From a virus (taxonomy: Duplodnaviria > Caudoviricetes): DNA of 52,980 bases. How positions within the stretch are numbered: position 1 is the stretch's first letter; the number at the start of each line of letters is the position of its first letter. The notes beneath the pieces were generated by a model, which did not search any database, was not told the DNA's origin, and was given only the letters and a program-made list of their open reading frames with translations. Shown piece by piece: positions 8,032 through 19,200 of this stretch. Location: IMG/VR virus record IMGVR_UViG_3300030104_002689, positions 1 to 52,980 of that record. The stretch is one strand, 5' to 3'. A program made the translations under genes and the position numbers.

Positions 8032-10657
8032 TGGTGGATTAAATAACTACGCAGATGCTCGTGATATAAAAGAAAACGAGCTTGCTGTAGCAACTAATGT
8101 AGATACAGACCAACCTGGTCGTATTATGATAGGCAAACGTACTAAAGATATGTCTGCAAGGACTGGACCTGCGTCTGTTTCTGCTGGAACAGGCTTGTTT
8201 CAATATAACTCTGATTATAATACTAGTAATGCTGGAGTACCGACAGAATATCAATTATTGTATGATAATAACACATTGTATCGCAGAGATGTTAGTTCTA
8301 CTAATTTTACATCTATAGCTTCATTAGGTTCTGGATATAATCCAGTTTATTATGCATTAGATGGAAACATAAGATTAGGTGATGGGAATCTATCTTCTGA
8401 CACTAAATTTGTTGGAGTAACTGATGTTGATAATTTTGCCAATAATCAAGCATTAGCTTTAACTATTGTTAATAGTTATATAGATCCTCCTACAGATGGT
8501 GATTTAACAAAAGACCCTGCTGACCAAACTGCAGCTCCTTCTAGTCAAAGTACAAATTATATTGATATGATTGTACAACAAAAAACAGGAAGCAAAACAG
8601 ATTGGTTTACATTTGATGGTAGTGATAGTTCAGATAAACAACTTACTAGTATAAAAAATGGTGGTATTAGTAGCAATCCAAGTGTTGTCTCAGCTGCTAC
8701 AATAACTGAGTCAAATATAAATTCACATTCGCTTATAGACACAAGCCACACATTAAATGGTTCAACTGTTAATGCGTCTGATGGTGAATACTATCATGTA
8801 AATAAAGAAAACGGAAGTGTTACTTATAGTGAGTGTCAAATATTTTTTGCTTCAGGGCAAGAAACATCTTTTGAAGATAAAAGTATATTTGTTGATTTGT
8901 ATATTCCTTCTGGAACTAAATCTAATTTAAAAACTGAAGCTATTGTTTTTGAAGTTGGCAACAATGAAAGCAATCATTATAGATATAATATTGCTAACTC
9001 ACAAATAACAGAAGATCAATGGCAAACACATGAATTAAAATTTGGTCATCACGATAGCCAAGATGGCAGTCCTAATGCTGTTGGTATTTTATATTTTAAA
9101 GCAACTGCTCAATTTCAAAGCAGTAGCAATACTAATACTGATTGGGGTATTGACGAACTTAAAACTGGTGATATTACAGTAGGTACATGGAATGGTAGAT
9201 ACAGATTTTTTTATAGTTGGATATATGATAAAGTGCAAGAGAGTATACCTTTTAAGTTTAACAATCAAACTACTTTTTTTGAAGTAGAAAATAAAATATT
9301 GCAATTTAGAGCGCATTTAAAATTAAGCAGTAGTCCAGGTGATAATGATAGAATTACTGGAGCTAATGTTTATTTTGTTGAATATGATTTAGATGACAAT
9401 CCATTAGATACAGATAAAAAATTATTAATGGAAATAGATGTAGAAAAAGGAATTAAAAAAGTAGGTGGTGAAACTTTTGAAGCATGGGGTCAAGCAACAG
9501 GTGGCAGTTCTGGATTTGAAGCACCTTACAACAATGCGCATACTAATTATTTACAAATATTTGACCCTAGTGGATTAGAAACATTTTCTACAAAAGCTGG
9601 ATATAGTGAATATGAAAAACTTAAAAAAATAAAATTTGCTACTGCAGTAGCAATGAATAGACGTTCTTATGTTGGTAATGTTAAAATTACAGATTCTAAC
9701 AATAAAGAAACTTTGTATTCTGATAGAATATATAAATCAGAACCAAATATGCCAGATGTATTTACTGAATTAAACTATGTAGATATTGCAATTAATGATG
9801 GTGAAAAAATAACAGCATTAGCAAATCTAGGTGATTTGTTACTGCAATACAAAGAACGCTCTATGTACATCATTAACTGCACACAAGAAATAGAATACCT
9901 AGAAGATACACATGCATTTAGAGGAGTATGGGGGCAAGGAGCAGTATGCACAACTGATGCTGGTATAGTGTGGGTAAATAAACACGGACTATTTTTGTTT
10001 AATGGGAAACAAGTCACTTCTCTTATAGATAACAAAATAGATCCAACGTATTGGGCAAGTAAAATAGGAACAAAACCTCTTGTTGGGTACGAACCAACAA
10101 ATAGGACTATTTTAGTCGTAGGTGACTCTGATAACGCTAGTAATGGTTTTGTTTTTTCATTAGTTGCTAATTCTTTTAATTATATAACTGCTACTGGTGA
10201 TTTAAGTGGAAATTTATTTACAACAGACATGACTAACTTAGTAAGCAGTAATACTGGAGTATTAAGTTGGTATATAGATAATGGTAGTGATGTAAAAGAA
10301 CAAGAATGGGTTACGTCTTTAGGCGATACGCATATTGAAATATTAACAAGAGATCAAGATTTTAAAGACCCTGCAAGACGCAAAATGGTTAAAAACGTTT
10401 ATTTAACGTACAAACTTCCAAGTGGTCAAGCAGTTCCAACTATAAAATTTAGAACAAACGGTGGCACAACTGATTACAGTTTTGATGCTGCTTTATCAGC
10501 TGGTCATAATGATTGGTATACTCAAGTATTAAAACCAGCAACATCAGCACAAGCCAATAATATATATAGCTTTCAAGTACGCATATATGGGTCAACAGGC
10601 AAAGATTTTCAAATTAACGACATCAACGTCGTCTATAGAGATAAAGTGCTTAAATAA
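7997..10657 (+). CDS. Tail nozzle / stabilisation protein (tail tubular B / P22 gp10-like)
   Basis: F.GGLN...D N-terminus, beta-propeller-like C-half (DGEKITAL...GIVWVNKHGLFLFNG), DF.DP..RK..K.VY near the C-terminus. Position precedes the ejection genes. Confidence 0.7.
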   Translation: MPKKSIEINPFDGGLNNYADARDIKENELAVATNVDTDQPGRIMIGKRTKDMSARTGPASVSAGTGLFQYNSDYNTSNAGVPTEYQLLYDNNTLYRRDVSSTNFTSIASLGSGYNPVYYALDGNIRLGDGNLSSDTKFVGVTDVDNFANNQALALTIVNSYIDPPTDGDLTKDPADQTAAPSSQSTNYIDMIVQQKTGSKTDWFTFDGSDSSDKQLTSIKNGGISSNPSVVSAATITESNINSHSLIDTSHTLNGSTVNASDGEYYHVNKENGSVTYSECQIFFASGQETSFEDKSIFVDLYIPSGTKSNLKTEAIVFEVGNNESNHYRYNIANSQITEDQWQTHELKFGHHDSQDGSPNAVGILYFKATAQFQSSSNTNTDWGIDELKTGDITVGTWNGRYRFFYSWIYDKVQESIPFKFNNQTTFFEVENKILQFRAHLKLSSSPGDNDRITGANVYFVEYDLDDNPLDTDKKLLMEIDVEKGIKKVGGETFEAWGQATGGSSGFEAPYNNAHTNYLQIFDPSGLETFSTKAGYSEYEKLKKIKFATAVAMNRRSYVGNVKITDSNNKETLYSDRIYKSEPNMPDVFTELNYVDIAINDGEKITALANLGDLLLQYKERSMYIINCTQEIEYLEDTHAFRGVWGQGAVCTTDAGIVWVNKHGLFLFNGKQVTSLIDNKIDPTYWASKIGTKPLVGYEPTNRTILVVGDSDNASNGFVFSLVANSFNYITATGDLSGNLFTTDMTNLVSSNTGVLSWYIDNGSDVKEQEWVTSLGDTHIEILTRDQDFKDPARRKMVKNVYLTYKLPSGQAVPTIKFRTNGGTTDYSFDAALSAGHNDWYTQVLKPATSAQANNIYSFQVRIYGSTGKDFQINDINVVYRDKVLK

Positions 10658-10767
10658 TGCCAAATAAAGAAGCAAAACAAAGAAAACGTATGCGTAGGCT
10701 AAAGACTAAACAAATTAAAGAACGCAAAGCAAAATTGCGTAGACAAAAAAAAGATGCCAAGCGATAA
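10657..10767 (+). CDS. K/R-rich micro-protein (36 aa, MPNKEAKQRKRMRRLK...)
   Basis: Not in track. TAATG-coupled to the upstream gene and overlaps the next start. Confidence 0.6.
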   Translation: MPNKEAKQRKRMRRLKTKQIKERKAKLRRQKKDAKR

Positions 10768-12940
10768 ACAAACTAGACAACAACGACACCAAACACAGGT
10801 AAAAACGCAATCTGGTAAAGCAATACGAGGAGCGCAAGCTACTGAGTTTGTTAAAGGTTCTGGTTTTCGTAAAACTGAGTTTATTGGAGGTAAAAAGTTT
10901 TTTACACCTATGAGTTCTGACCCTAATGTATCTGGAGCTGGTGGAGATGTTACTAATATAACTGTAACAGGCTCTAGTGGTGGTGCTGGTGGTGATGTTA
11001 AATCTGATGGCACTGTACATTTTACAGCTCCACAAACTGGTGTAGCACCTACTTCTGATTTGCATTTAGCTACAAAAAAATATGTAGATGACGAAGGTGT
11101 GGTAAGTGCTAACTCTATAACTGTTGATAAACTGCAACAAATTAATACTGATACATTTTTAGGTAGAGATACAGCTGGTACTGGTAATGTAGAAGTAATA
11201 ACATTAGGTCAGCTTGAAACAATGCTTAACCTTGGACAATTTATATCTAGTGCTAGTACAAATACTTTAACCGATATGGCTACTTCTAGTCCTTCTGCTG
11301 GTCATTATTTAAGACATAATGGAACTGCTTTTGTTAATACTGCATTTGTAGTTTCAGATATAAGTGGATTACAAGCAAGTCAAATACCAGCATTAGCTAC
11401 AAGCAAAATAACAAGTGGTACGTTTGCAGATGCAAGAATATCTGAAAGCAGTGTAACACAACACTCAGCAGCAGTTAAATCTTCAGCTAGTCTTATGAAT
11501 AATTTCTTTTTTCAAGAAGCTGATACTAGTACTACATCAGTTGAAGAAGACCATAAAGTTAAAATTGTAACTAATAATGGTGGAGCTCATGGAACAGGAA
11601 CGATATCTACTAGTGGAAGTGGTAGTTCAAGTGTACATACTATAACATTAAATACCCCGAATACTGTTTATAGTGCTGGTACAAATGTTAGTTTTAGTGG
11701 CACTCAAATAAACGCAACTAATACAAATCAGCTTACAAGATTTTATATGAGAGATGATGATAATGACGCTGTTTATTTAGCTCATGACCATTATGTAAAA
11801 TTTGCTACTAGTGGAGGCGTAACTACTAATTGGAGTGCTACAGATGCAGCAGGTAGTTCAGGAGACCCTCATATACTTACAATAGCATTTGATCAAAGCA
11901 GTATTACAACCGTAGGTACTATTACTAGTGGAACGTGGAGCGGTAGTGTAATTCCAAGTAGTAAACTTGACGCAGACACAGCACACTTGTCAGGTACACA
12001 AACATTTTCAGGAGCAAAAAGTTTTAATGCAGCATCTACAATGTCTGGATTACAGATTAATGCTGGAAGTGGAAATAATGTAAGTGGTCAAGATGCTAGT
12101 CTTTATGTAAGTGCAACTTCAGATAATGATTGGGGTATATGGGTTAATAAAGCAAGTAATGAATACGGTGTAAAAATAAGTGTTGCAACTGATAGTAGTC
12201 TTGGATTAGCAGTTTACGGAGGAACAACAAAAAAGTTTAGCGTAACAGGAAATGGAGTAGTAGACACAGGAACATGGAATGGTTCATCAATATCTGCTAC
12301 ATATATAGATTCAGCAATACCTCGTCTTTCAAGTACGCAAAGTTTTACAGGTGATAATACATTTACAACTAAAATAAAAGTTGGTACAACAGCTAGTTTT
12401 CCACATACAGATACTGACCTTTTAGTTGGCGGAGTTAATCATAGCAGTTCAAGTGCTATTGCTCAATTTGCAGGTTTTATAAGAGTGCGAGGTCATGCAA
12501 TTATACATGATGGGTCTAGTGCTAATGCTGTAGGTTGGATGTATGGAAATGGTGGTTTACAAACGTATTCAGAAAGTAGTGGTACACAAAATGTATACGC
12601 TGGAGCTGATGTAGTAGCTTATTATTCTTCTGATCCAAGATTGAAAACAAATAAAAAAAGAATTGAAAAACCATTAACTTTATTATCAAAAATTAATGGA
12701 TATACGTTTGATTGGAAAAAATATGCATCAAAATTTGGTTCTCATCTTGTAGGAAAAGACTATGGTGTTATGGCAGATGAAATAGAAGAAGTAATGCCAG
12801 AGCTTGTACATGACAGAGATAATGGATATAAAGGTGTTAAGTATGAAAAGATTGTACCTTTGCTTATCGAATGTATAAAAGAACAGCAAGTACAAATAAA
12901 CCAATTAAAGAAATGGAAGAGTGATAAAAAATGGATATAA
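10754..12940 (+). CDS. Tail fibre/needle with C-terminal S74-like chaperone
   Basis: HLATKKYVD fibre motif; DVVAYYSSDPRLK...GYTFDW...GVMADE...YEKIVPLLIECIKE. Confidence 0.88.
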   Translation: MPSDKQTRQQRHQTQVKTQSGKAIRGAQATEFVKGSGFRKTEFIGGKKFFTPMSSDPNVSGAGGDVTNITVTGSSGGAGGDVKSDGTVHFTAPQTGVAPTSDLHLATKKYVDDEGVVSANSITVDKLQQINTDTFLGRDTAGTGNVEVITLGQLETMLNLGQFISSASTNTLTDMATSSPSAGHYLRHNGTAFVNTAFVVSDISGLQASQIPALATSKITSGTFADARISESSVTQHSAAVKSSASLMNNFFFQEADTSTTSVEEDHKVKIVTNNGGAHGTGTISTSGSGSSSVHTITLNTPNTVYSAGTNVSFSGTQINATNTNQLTRFYMRDDDNDAVYLAHDHYVKFATSGGVTTNWSATDAAGSSGDPHILTIAFDQSSITTVGTITSGTWSGSVIPSSKLDADTAHLSGTQTFSGAKSFNAASTMSGLQINAGSGNNVSGQDASLYVSATSDNDWGIWVNKASNEYGVKISVATDSSLGLAVYGGTTKKFSVTGNGVVDTGTWNGSSISATYIDSAIPRLSSTQSFTGDNTFTTKIKVGTTASFPHTDTDLLVGGVNHSSSSAIAQFAGFIRVRGHAIIHDGSSANAVGWMYGNGGLQTYSESSGTQNVYAGADVVAYYSSDPRLKTNKKRIEKPLTLLSKINGYTFDWKKYASKFGSHLVGKDYGVMADEIEEVMPELVHDRDNGYKGVKYEKIVPLLIECIKEQQVQINQLKKWKSDKKWI

Positions 12941-13185
12941 TTAAAAATTACAAAGCTATGAAAACTGCTAGTAAAATAGCTATTGCTACAGATGACAATT
13001 CTGGAATTAAGGTAACTAAAAAACAATTTAATTCTGATACTGGAGAAGCTTTAGATGACAAAGTAGAGTATCTTAATTTAGAATTTGTTACTAATAGAAT
13101 AAGTGCTATAGATACGATGACTACAGAATTAGCTGCAGAAAAAGCAGATTTAGAACAATTTAAAACAGATGCAGAGGCTCTTTAA
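12931..13185 (+). CDS. Hypothetical protein
   Basis: Coupled ORF with a C-terminal coiled coil. Confidence 0.7.
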   Translation: MDIIKNYKAMKTASKIAIATDDNSGIKVTKKQFNSDTGEALDDKVEYLNLEFVTNRISAIDTMTTELAAEKADLEQFKTDAEAL

Positions 13186-13436
13186 TGGCATTACCTAGTT
13201 CAGGTCAAATATCTATTAAACAGATATATAATGAAGCAGTGGGTACTGGTGGTCAAGGTAATACGCCAAGTAACGTACATATAACAGCAGGTTTAACAAA
13301 AGTAAGTAACTTAGTTACCTCTATTCTTACAGGATATGGTGGTATAACTAGTCCAGCTGCAGATACAGAAAATTTAAACAGTTCAACACCACATGCTTTG
13401 TCAGAGTTTTATGGTGTAGATTATGATGGAGTATAA
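13185..13436 (+). CDS. Small virion protein (fibre-associated)
   Basis: MALPSSGQISI...LSEFYG pattern, commonly seen downstream of S74 fibres. Confidence 0.65.
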   Translation: MALPSSGQISIKQIYNEAVGTGGQGNTPSNVHITAGLTKVSNLVTSILTGYGGITSPAADTENLNSSTPHALSEFYGVDYDGV

Positions 13437-13454
13437 TTTAAACAGGACAATATT

Positions 13455-13886
13455 ATGGCATATAAATCAAGAAATTTAAATATAACAAGAAACAGAGCAA
13501 GTGCTGCAAATACAAGTGCTTTAACAGATTTAAATGATGCATTATCAGGAATGAATGAATTTAAATCAGGTGTACAAGATTTGTTAAAAATAAAAAAACG
13601 AACTGATAAAGATAAACAAAGCATACAAAAATTAGTTACATTACAACAGTTTAAAAATTTTTCTGAAGATATGTCAATGAAAGAATATGAACAATATAAA
13701 ACTAATTTTATGGATATGGTAGAAAAAGATAAGATAGAAGACTATACGTTTCCTGATTTTGAAGATTTTTACAAACAAAGAACTTTAGCTACAATAAAAG
13801 GAGATACTTATAGTCCTTCTGATTTAAAAGTAAGCTATGACAATTTAAATATTGAAAAAATGAATAGAATTATGAGGATGAAATAA
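13455..13886 (+). CDS. Hypothetical, probable internal virion protein
   Basis: AGGA RBS; first gene of the helical ejection-protein cluster. Confidence 0.6.
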   Translation: MAYKSRNLNITRNRASAANTSALTDLNDALSGMNEFKSGVQDLLKIKKRTDKDKQSIQKLVTLQQFKNFSEDMSMKEYEQYKTNFMDMVEKDKIEDYTFPDFEDFYKQRTLATIKGDTYSPSDLKVSYDNLNIEKMNRIMRMK

Positions 13887-14980
13887 TGCATAGACCAGGA
13901 CATAAATACGGATTAGATGCTTTTTTAGAACAAGATATGTCAAAATTTGATACTGATTTTGGTATGACTACTGATACTACATCATACTCTATGCCTTCAC
14001 AGCCAACTATAACTCCTGTTCAATCTATAGGAGGAACTAATCAACCTATGGGTAATGGTATAGATCCAAGAGGAAACGCACAGGCACAAGCAGTTACAAA
14101 CTTAACTACACCACCACCTGACCCTACATCTGCAATAAACATGAGTGAAATGTATCCAGATGCTCCTAGACCTACAGTAACTGGTGGAATACAAAATACA
14201 GAACAAGCATATAATATGACAGTATCTCCAACAGAACAAGCCTATCAGGCTAGTCTTGAAAATCCTAAAATGGCATTATCTAGGTTAGATAAAGAATATT
14301 TTGCAGCTAATCCAGAAATGGCTTCAGCAGATGCAGTGGCTTCAGCAGGTGCAGATGCTTCAGTAAAAGCAGGAGGGAAAATTTCTGCAGGTACAATAGC
14401 ACAAGGTTTATCTATTGGTCGTGACCTTATAGGTGGTATACAAGAAATAGGGCAAAGAAGACAAAATGTTAAATCTTTAGACAAAACAATAAGCTCATTA
14501 ACATCTATGTTAGGAAGTTTAACAGAAAAAAGAGCTAGTGGAATAGAAGCTATGGATGACCAATATCAAGAAGGCGTAAGGCGTATGGATGCTAGGTCTT
14601 CATTGTCTTTAGGTCAAAGACTTGGTAAAGCTAGAAACAGAAGGGGCAATATAATTTCAGGTAGTCAAGATAGAATGATAGGAAAAGAAATTGATCGTGC
14701 AACTACAGTTAGAGATATAAACGTTGCAAATTTAACTGATAAAGTAGAAGCACAAAAAAGTGTGTTTAGAGAACAATTGGCAAGTCAAAGAGAAAAAGCT
14801 AATGCACAATTAGAAGCTGCAATGGCACAAAAGAAAAAAGAAGAATTAGCAGCTGGACCACTAGGTGTAGCAAATGTTATAGCTGATGTTGGTATAGGCG
14901 TACTAACATTAGGTAATCCAATTTTAGGAACTGCTCTTAAAATGGGCAAAGATGCCTTAACAGATCCATATTTATCATAA
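13886..14980 (+). CDS. Probable internal virion (ejection) protein
   Basis: Low-complexity N-terminus, coiled coil and Gly/Ala hydrophobic segments. Confidence 0.6.
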   Translation: MHRPGHKYGLDAFLEQDMSKFDTDFGMTTDTTSYSMPSQPTITPVQSIGGTNQPMGNGIDPRGNAQAQAVTNLTTPPPDPTSAINMSEMYPDAPRPTVTGGIQNTEQAYNMTVSPTEQAYQASLENPKMALSRLDKEYFAANPEMASADAVASAGADASVKAGGKISAGTIAQGLSIGRDLIGGIQEIGQRRQNVKSLDKTISSLTSMLGSLTEKRASGIEAMDDQYQEGVRRMDARSSLSLGQRLGKARNRRGNIISGSQDRMIGKEIDRATTVRDINVANLTDKVEAQKSVFREQLASQREKANAQLEAAMAQKKKEELAAGPLGVANVIADVGIGVLTLGNPILGTALKMGKDALTDPYLS

Positions 14981-14989
14981 GGAAGAACT

Positions 14990-16273
14990 ATGTCGGAATT
15001 AAATATATTAATAAATCAAATGAAGCTAGACAATCAAAGAAGGCGTCTAGACCAACAGCAAGAACAATTTGAAACTGTGCAATCAAATAAAATGCTTAAT
15101 ACGTTAATACAAAGTAATGTAAGAAGTATTAATGAAATATCTACAGGAATTAACGATGAAAATGATATTGAAGTATTAAATAATGCAATTAACACTATGG
15201 AGCAAACTAAAACTGGCATAGACATAAATGATGAATTTGTTGATGCTAATATATTGAATGTACAAAATAGAATTAACGACATAGAAACTAAAGGAAAAAT
15301 TTTAACTCAATTAAATGATTTAAAAGGTAGGATAGGAAATGAGTCAACTACAGGTGCAAACAAAATTTTAGATGATTTAGGAATGACGTATAGTAGAATC
15401 TCTGATAGTTTAAATGAAGAAAATAAAACTTTAGTTAGAAATCAAATAAATAACACAAGAAATCAATTAGAGGTTCAAGGTTATTTAAATGTAATTGACC
15501 AAGACACAGAAAAAGAAGGTATGCAATTTAAGGACAAAACTACGCAAAAACTTTATAATGAAGTAGTAGATCCATATGTAAAAGTAGCTAGTGTAACAGA
15601 TGATTATGTTACAGCTTTAGCTAGTTTAAGGTCTTTCTTCCCAGCATTAGCACAACAAAAAGAAGATATGTTAAAAGCATATGCAGAGGGGAAAGAAGAT
15701 GCGTTAGAAGCACAAGAAGCAAAAGCAATAGAAGCTAGAAAGAAAACATTAATGGGTTACAAAGCTCAAATGAATGAAGTAGACAGCGTTCTTAGAGGTA
15801 ATATGAATCCTATATTTAGTGGAACAAGTGGCATGGGCAAAATTACATATAATGAATTAGCAGCAAATATGCCTCAGTTTAAAGACTTTGCTTTTGGAAC
15901 TGATGATAGTGATTTAAATGTAGTAGCATACGCTCCTACTTTAAATAGAATTGCTTATAGTTTAGCTCTTATTTCTGAAGGTGAAGAAGCTGAAAAAATA
16001 AGAGATATGGGTCAAGACAGAGCTAACGTTGACCCATTAGTAATGGAAGATCGTGTAAAAACAATGATTGTTCGAAACACTAAAGAAACTAATGGCAAAC
16101 AACGTTACGGAAAATATAATCGTTCAGGGAATAGAACTGACAACACACCATTTGTTATGATAAAATTATATAACGATATATTTAATGAATATCAAAATGT
16201 TGTTAACGAAACACAAAACGAAGGAACACAACCTGTATCTAAAAAAGGAAGATTGACAGGAGGGTTTAAATAA
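14990..16273 (+). CDS. Probable internal virion (ejection) protein
   Basis: Alpha-helical and Q/N/E-rich; directly upstream of the giant gene. Confidence 0.6.
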   Translation: MSELNILINQMKLDNQRRRLDQQQEQFETVQSNKMLNTLIQSNVRSINEISTGINDENDIEVLNNAINTMEQTKTGIDINDEFVDANILNVQNRINDIETKGKILTQLNDLKGRIGNESTTGANKILDDLGMTYSRISDSLNEENKTLVRNQINNTRNQLEVQGYLNVIDQDTEKEGMQFKDKTTQKLYNEVVDPYVKVASVTDDYVTALASLRSFFPALAQQKEDMLKAYAEGKEDALEAQEAKAIEARKKTLMGYKAQMNEVDSVLRGNMNPIFSGTSGMGKITYNELAANMPQFKDFAFGTDDSDLNVVAYAPTLNRIAYSLALISEGEEAEKIRDMGQDRANVDPLVMEDRVKTMIVRNTKETNGKQRYGKYNRSGNRTDNTPFVMIKLYNDIFNEYQNVVNETQNEGTQPVSKKGRLTGGFK

Positions 16274-16275
16274 TA

Positions 16276-19200
16276 ATGTCAGACAGAATACCTAAAAATT
16301 ATATAGATCCAATTAGTGGCGTACCTCTTGGTCAAATTATGGATGATAGCGAAGGTTTCGCTCAAGTAATATTTGACCCTAATAGATTAAATGGAGATGT
16401 AAAAATATACGAAGGCATCCTTAATCAATTTGACAAAGATTATAAAGAGGTTATGAAGATGGATATACAGCGTACAGATAAACCTGTGCGTAAAACATAT
16501 AATTTAGATACAGATGATAGGTTTAATAATAATTATAATCATATAAAAAAAGTAACAGGACAAGTAGCACGAGAAAAAAACTTTGGTGTCAATACTCCTA
16601 AAAATCAAATGGAAAGATTTACATCAGAATGGGCAAGTGAAATAGGTGGTTTAATGAATTACCTAGAAGGTTATTTGCCAGATAAAAAAACAATAGAAGG
16701 TAAAGAATTACATAAAAGATATAACGCATTATTAGATGATGTTTTTGAAAATTTTTATGTACCAGCTATAGAAAAACAAGCTGAGATACTTGAAACAAAA
16801 CATTCTATTGATTCTAAAGGTGATTGGTGGAATAAAACTATAGGCTCTGCAACACAAACACTTGGTACTGGTTTACAGGTTAAATCAAGTGATATTGCAA
16901 AAGTTGCAACAGGAGCTATGAACATGCTTGACCCTACATCTCCAGTAAGGATGGGTAGTGGTAAATGGAGTCGTTATGCAGAAGACTTAGCTCAAGAAAT
17001 ATATGATGCAGGAGATAGTATAGCTGGTTGGGGTGGAAGAAAAATGGAAGGGGCTAAAGAACCTACTGGTGTTTATGCAGAATCTTTTGTAGATAGAATA
17101 GGTAAAGATGGTGTAAAGACTTTTTTAGATGCTAGTTACGTTGGATATAAAGTAGGAGAAAATTTAGGTAGTCAAATGTTTACTACAGCTCCAACATTAG
17201 CTTTACAAACTGCAGCACAATTAAATCCATATGTTAGAGGTATGGGTCTGTTTGCAAGAACAGGAATGGGGCTGTTAGCATCAACACCAGCACTTGCAGT
17301 TGGTAACGTTATGGAAACAGGCGATGCTTATCAATCAGCAAGATCACATTTATTAAATCTAAGACGACGAGCTAAAGGTGAGTTGTCATCTATTAGTTCT
17401 AAAGATGCTGATGCTATGCAAGAATTTAATGATATGTATTCTGTTTATTTAAATGAAGCTGTAACTAAAACAGTAGATAAGTTAGATGACGATGATATAC
17501 ATATGATTTCTAAAGAAATAGCAGATGCTTATGGTTATCTTAGTACAGGTATAGAAGCATTAGGCAATTTGCCACAAGCTGGTATATTGGCAAGAGGAGT
17601 AGCAAATAATCTTGGTATAGAATTAGGGAAGAAAGAAACTAAAAAAGAATTAACTAAATACGTTACTGATAGTTTATACAAACGTATTATGAAAAACAAA
17701 GTAAGCAATGTAGCAGCTAGTGGTGTAAGCGCATATGTCCAAGAAGGCTTAACTGAAGGATTGCAACAATTTACACAAGAAAATATTCTATCTAGAAGAT
17801 TGCCAATGAAAGATGTAGAGATAGACCAAGTGTGGAATGCTGCAATAGCTGGAGGATTTAGTGGAGCTTCTATAAGCACAGGAGTGCAATCAACATTTGC
17901 TCTTGGTGCTAAAATAGGAGAATATAGAGATAATAGAGCTTACGAACAACTTGATGAAGAATATCAATTTATAAAACAAGAAGCAAGAGATAAGACTAGT
18001 TATGACGATACTATAAGATTGTATGGAGCTATGGGTGTAGGATATAAAGACATTGGTGAATTTATATCTAGTAGATACAATGAGGATGAACAAAAAAGCA
18101 TTAGGTTAAAAGTTAAAGAACGTTATTTAAATATGCGTTCTGATATAGAAAACCTTAGAAACAATCCTCAAGGTTTAATAAGTCTTATAAAAAATAACAA
18201 AGAAGAAATTGGTAGTGTTGTTGATTTAAACGAACCTTTTTTACAGGCTTTAGGTTTGCAACCATCACAAATAGCTGATGTACTTGGTGTAAAAATATCT
18301 GACCTTAATCAACAAAAAGGTTTTAATTACGAAAATGTACAAAAAGAAAGACAGCAGTCTTTAGATGAAAGCTCTACAGATTTTACACAACCACCTCAAA
18401 GAGTAGATGGTTCTCAAGCAGATGACCCTACAGTTGGTGGACCCGACCCAACAATAATGGGAGATCCAACGGTAGATTTTGACCCAACAGTGTTTCAAGA
18501 AAAACAAGTTGAAAGATTGCAATCTGAAATAGAATCTTTAAAACGAGGCTCACAAAATACACATTTATCTCCAGAAGAACGAACAGTTCAAATAGAGGCT
18601 TTAGAAAATGAGATAGATAAATTGCAAATAGGAATCATTCCTACTAACGCTCTAACTAAATCTCCATCAGAAATGACTGTAGCTGAATTAAAAGACCTTG
18701 CTAAAGAACAAGGCAAAACTGGTTATTCAAGATTTAGTAAGAAACAACTTGTAGAGCTGGTAAGTGAAGAAACACAAGATGAGCCAGTAGTTAAACAAAG
18801 TACATCGCAAAACGCTATTAATACAGCTGCTAATTTTGCAGCTATGATGGGTTCAGAAGGCATGGGTGCATTTAATATATCAGATAGTTATGATGCGTTA
18901 GAGTTACAAGATTTAGAAGAATTAAATCCAGGTTTTGTTAAACAGCATGCTGAGAAAAAAGGTTTAATAACTGAAAATAAATCAACAAGTGAATTAATTG
19001 AAGAAATAGTTGAAAAGTTTCCTAAACAAATGAATATGGGAATGCCATTAACAGTTAGTCAAAAAGCTAAATGGAATAGAGAATTTAACAAAGCTTGGAT
19101 AACAGCATTAGATAATGTAGAAAATGTAGAAAGAATGGAAGGATTCTTTAGAATGTGGGTAGAAACTAAAGTAGGTCCATTGCTACCTGAACCATTACAA

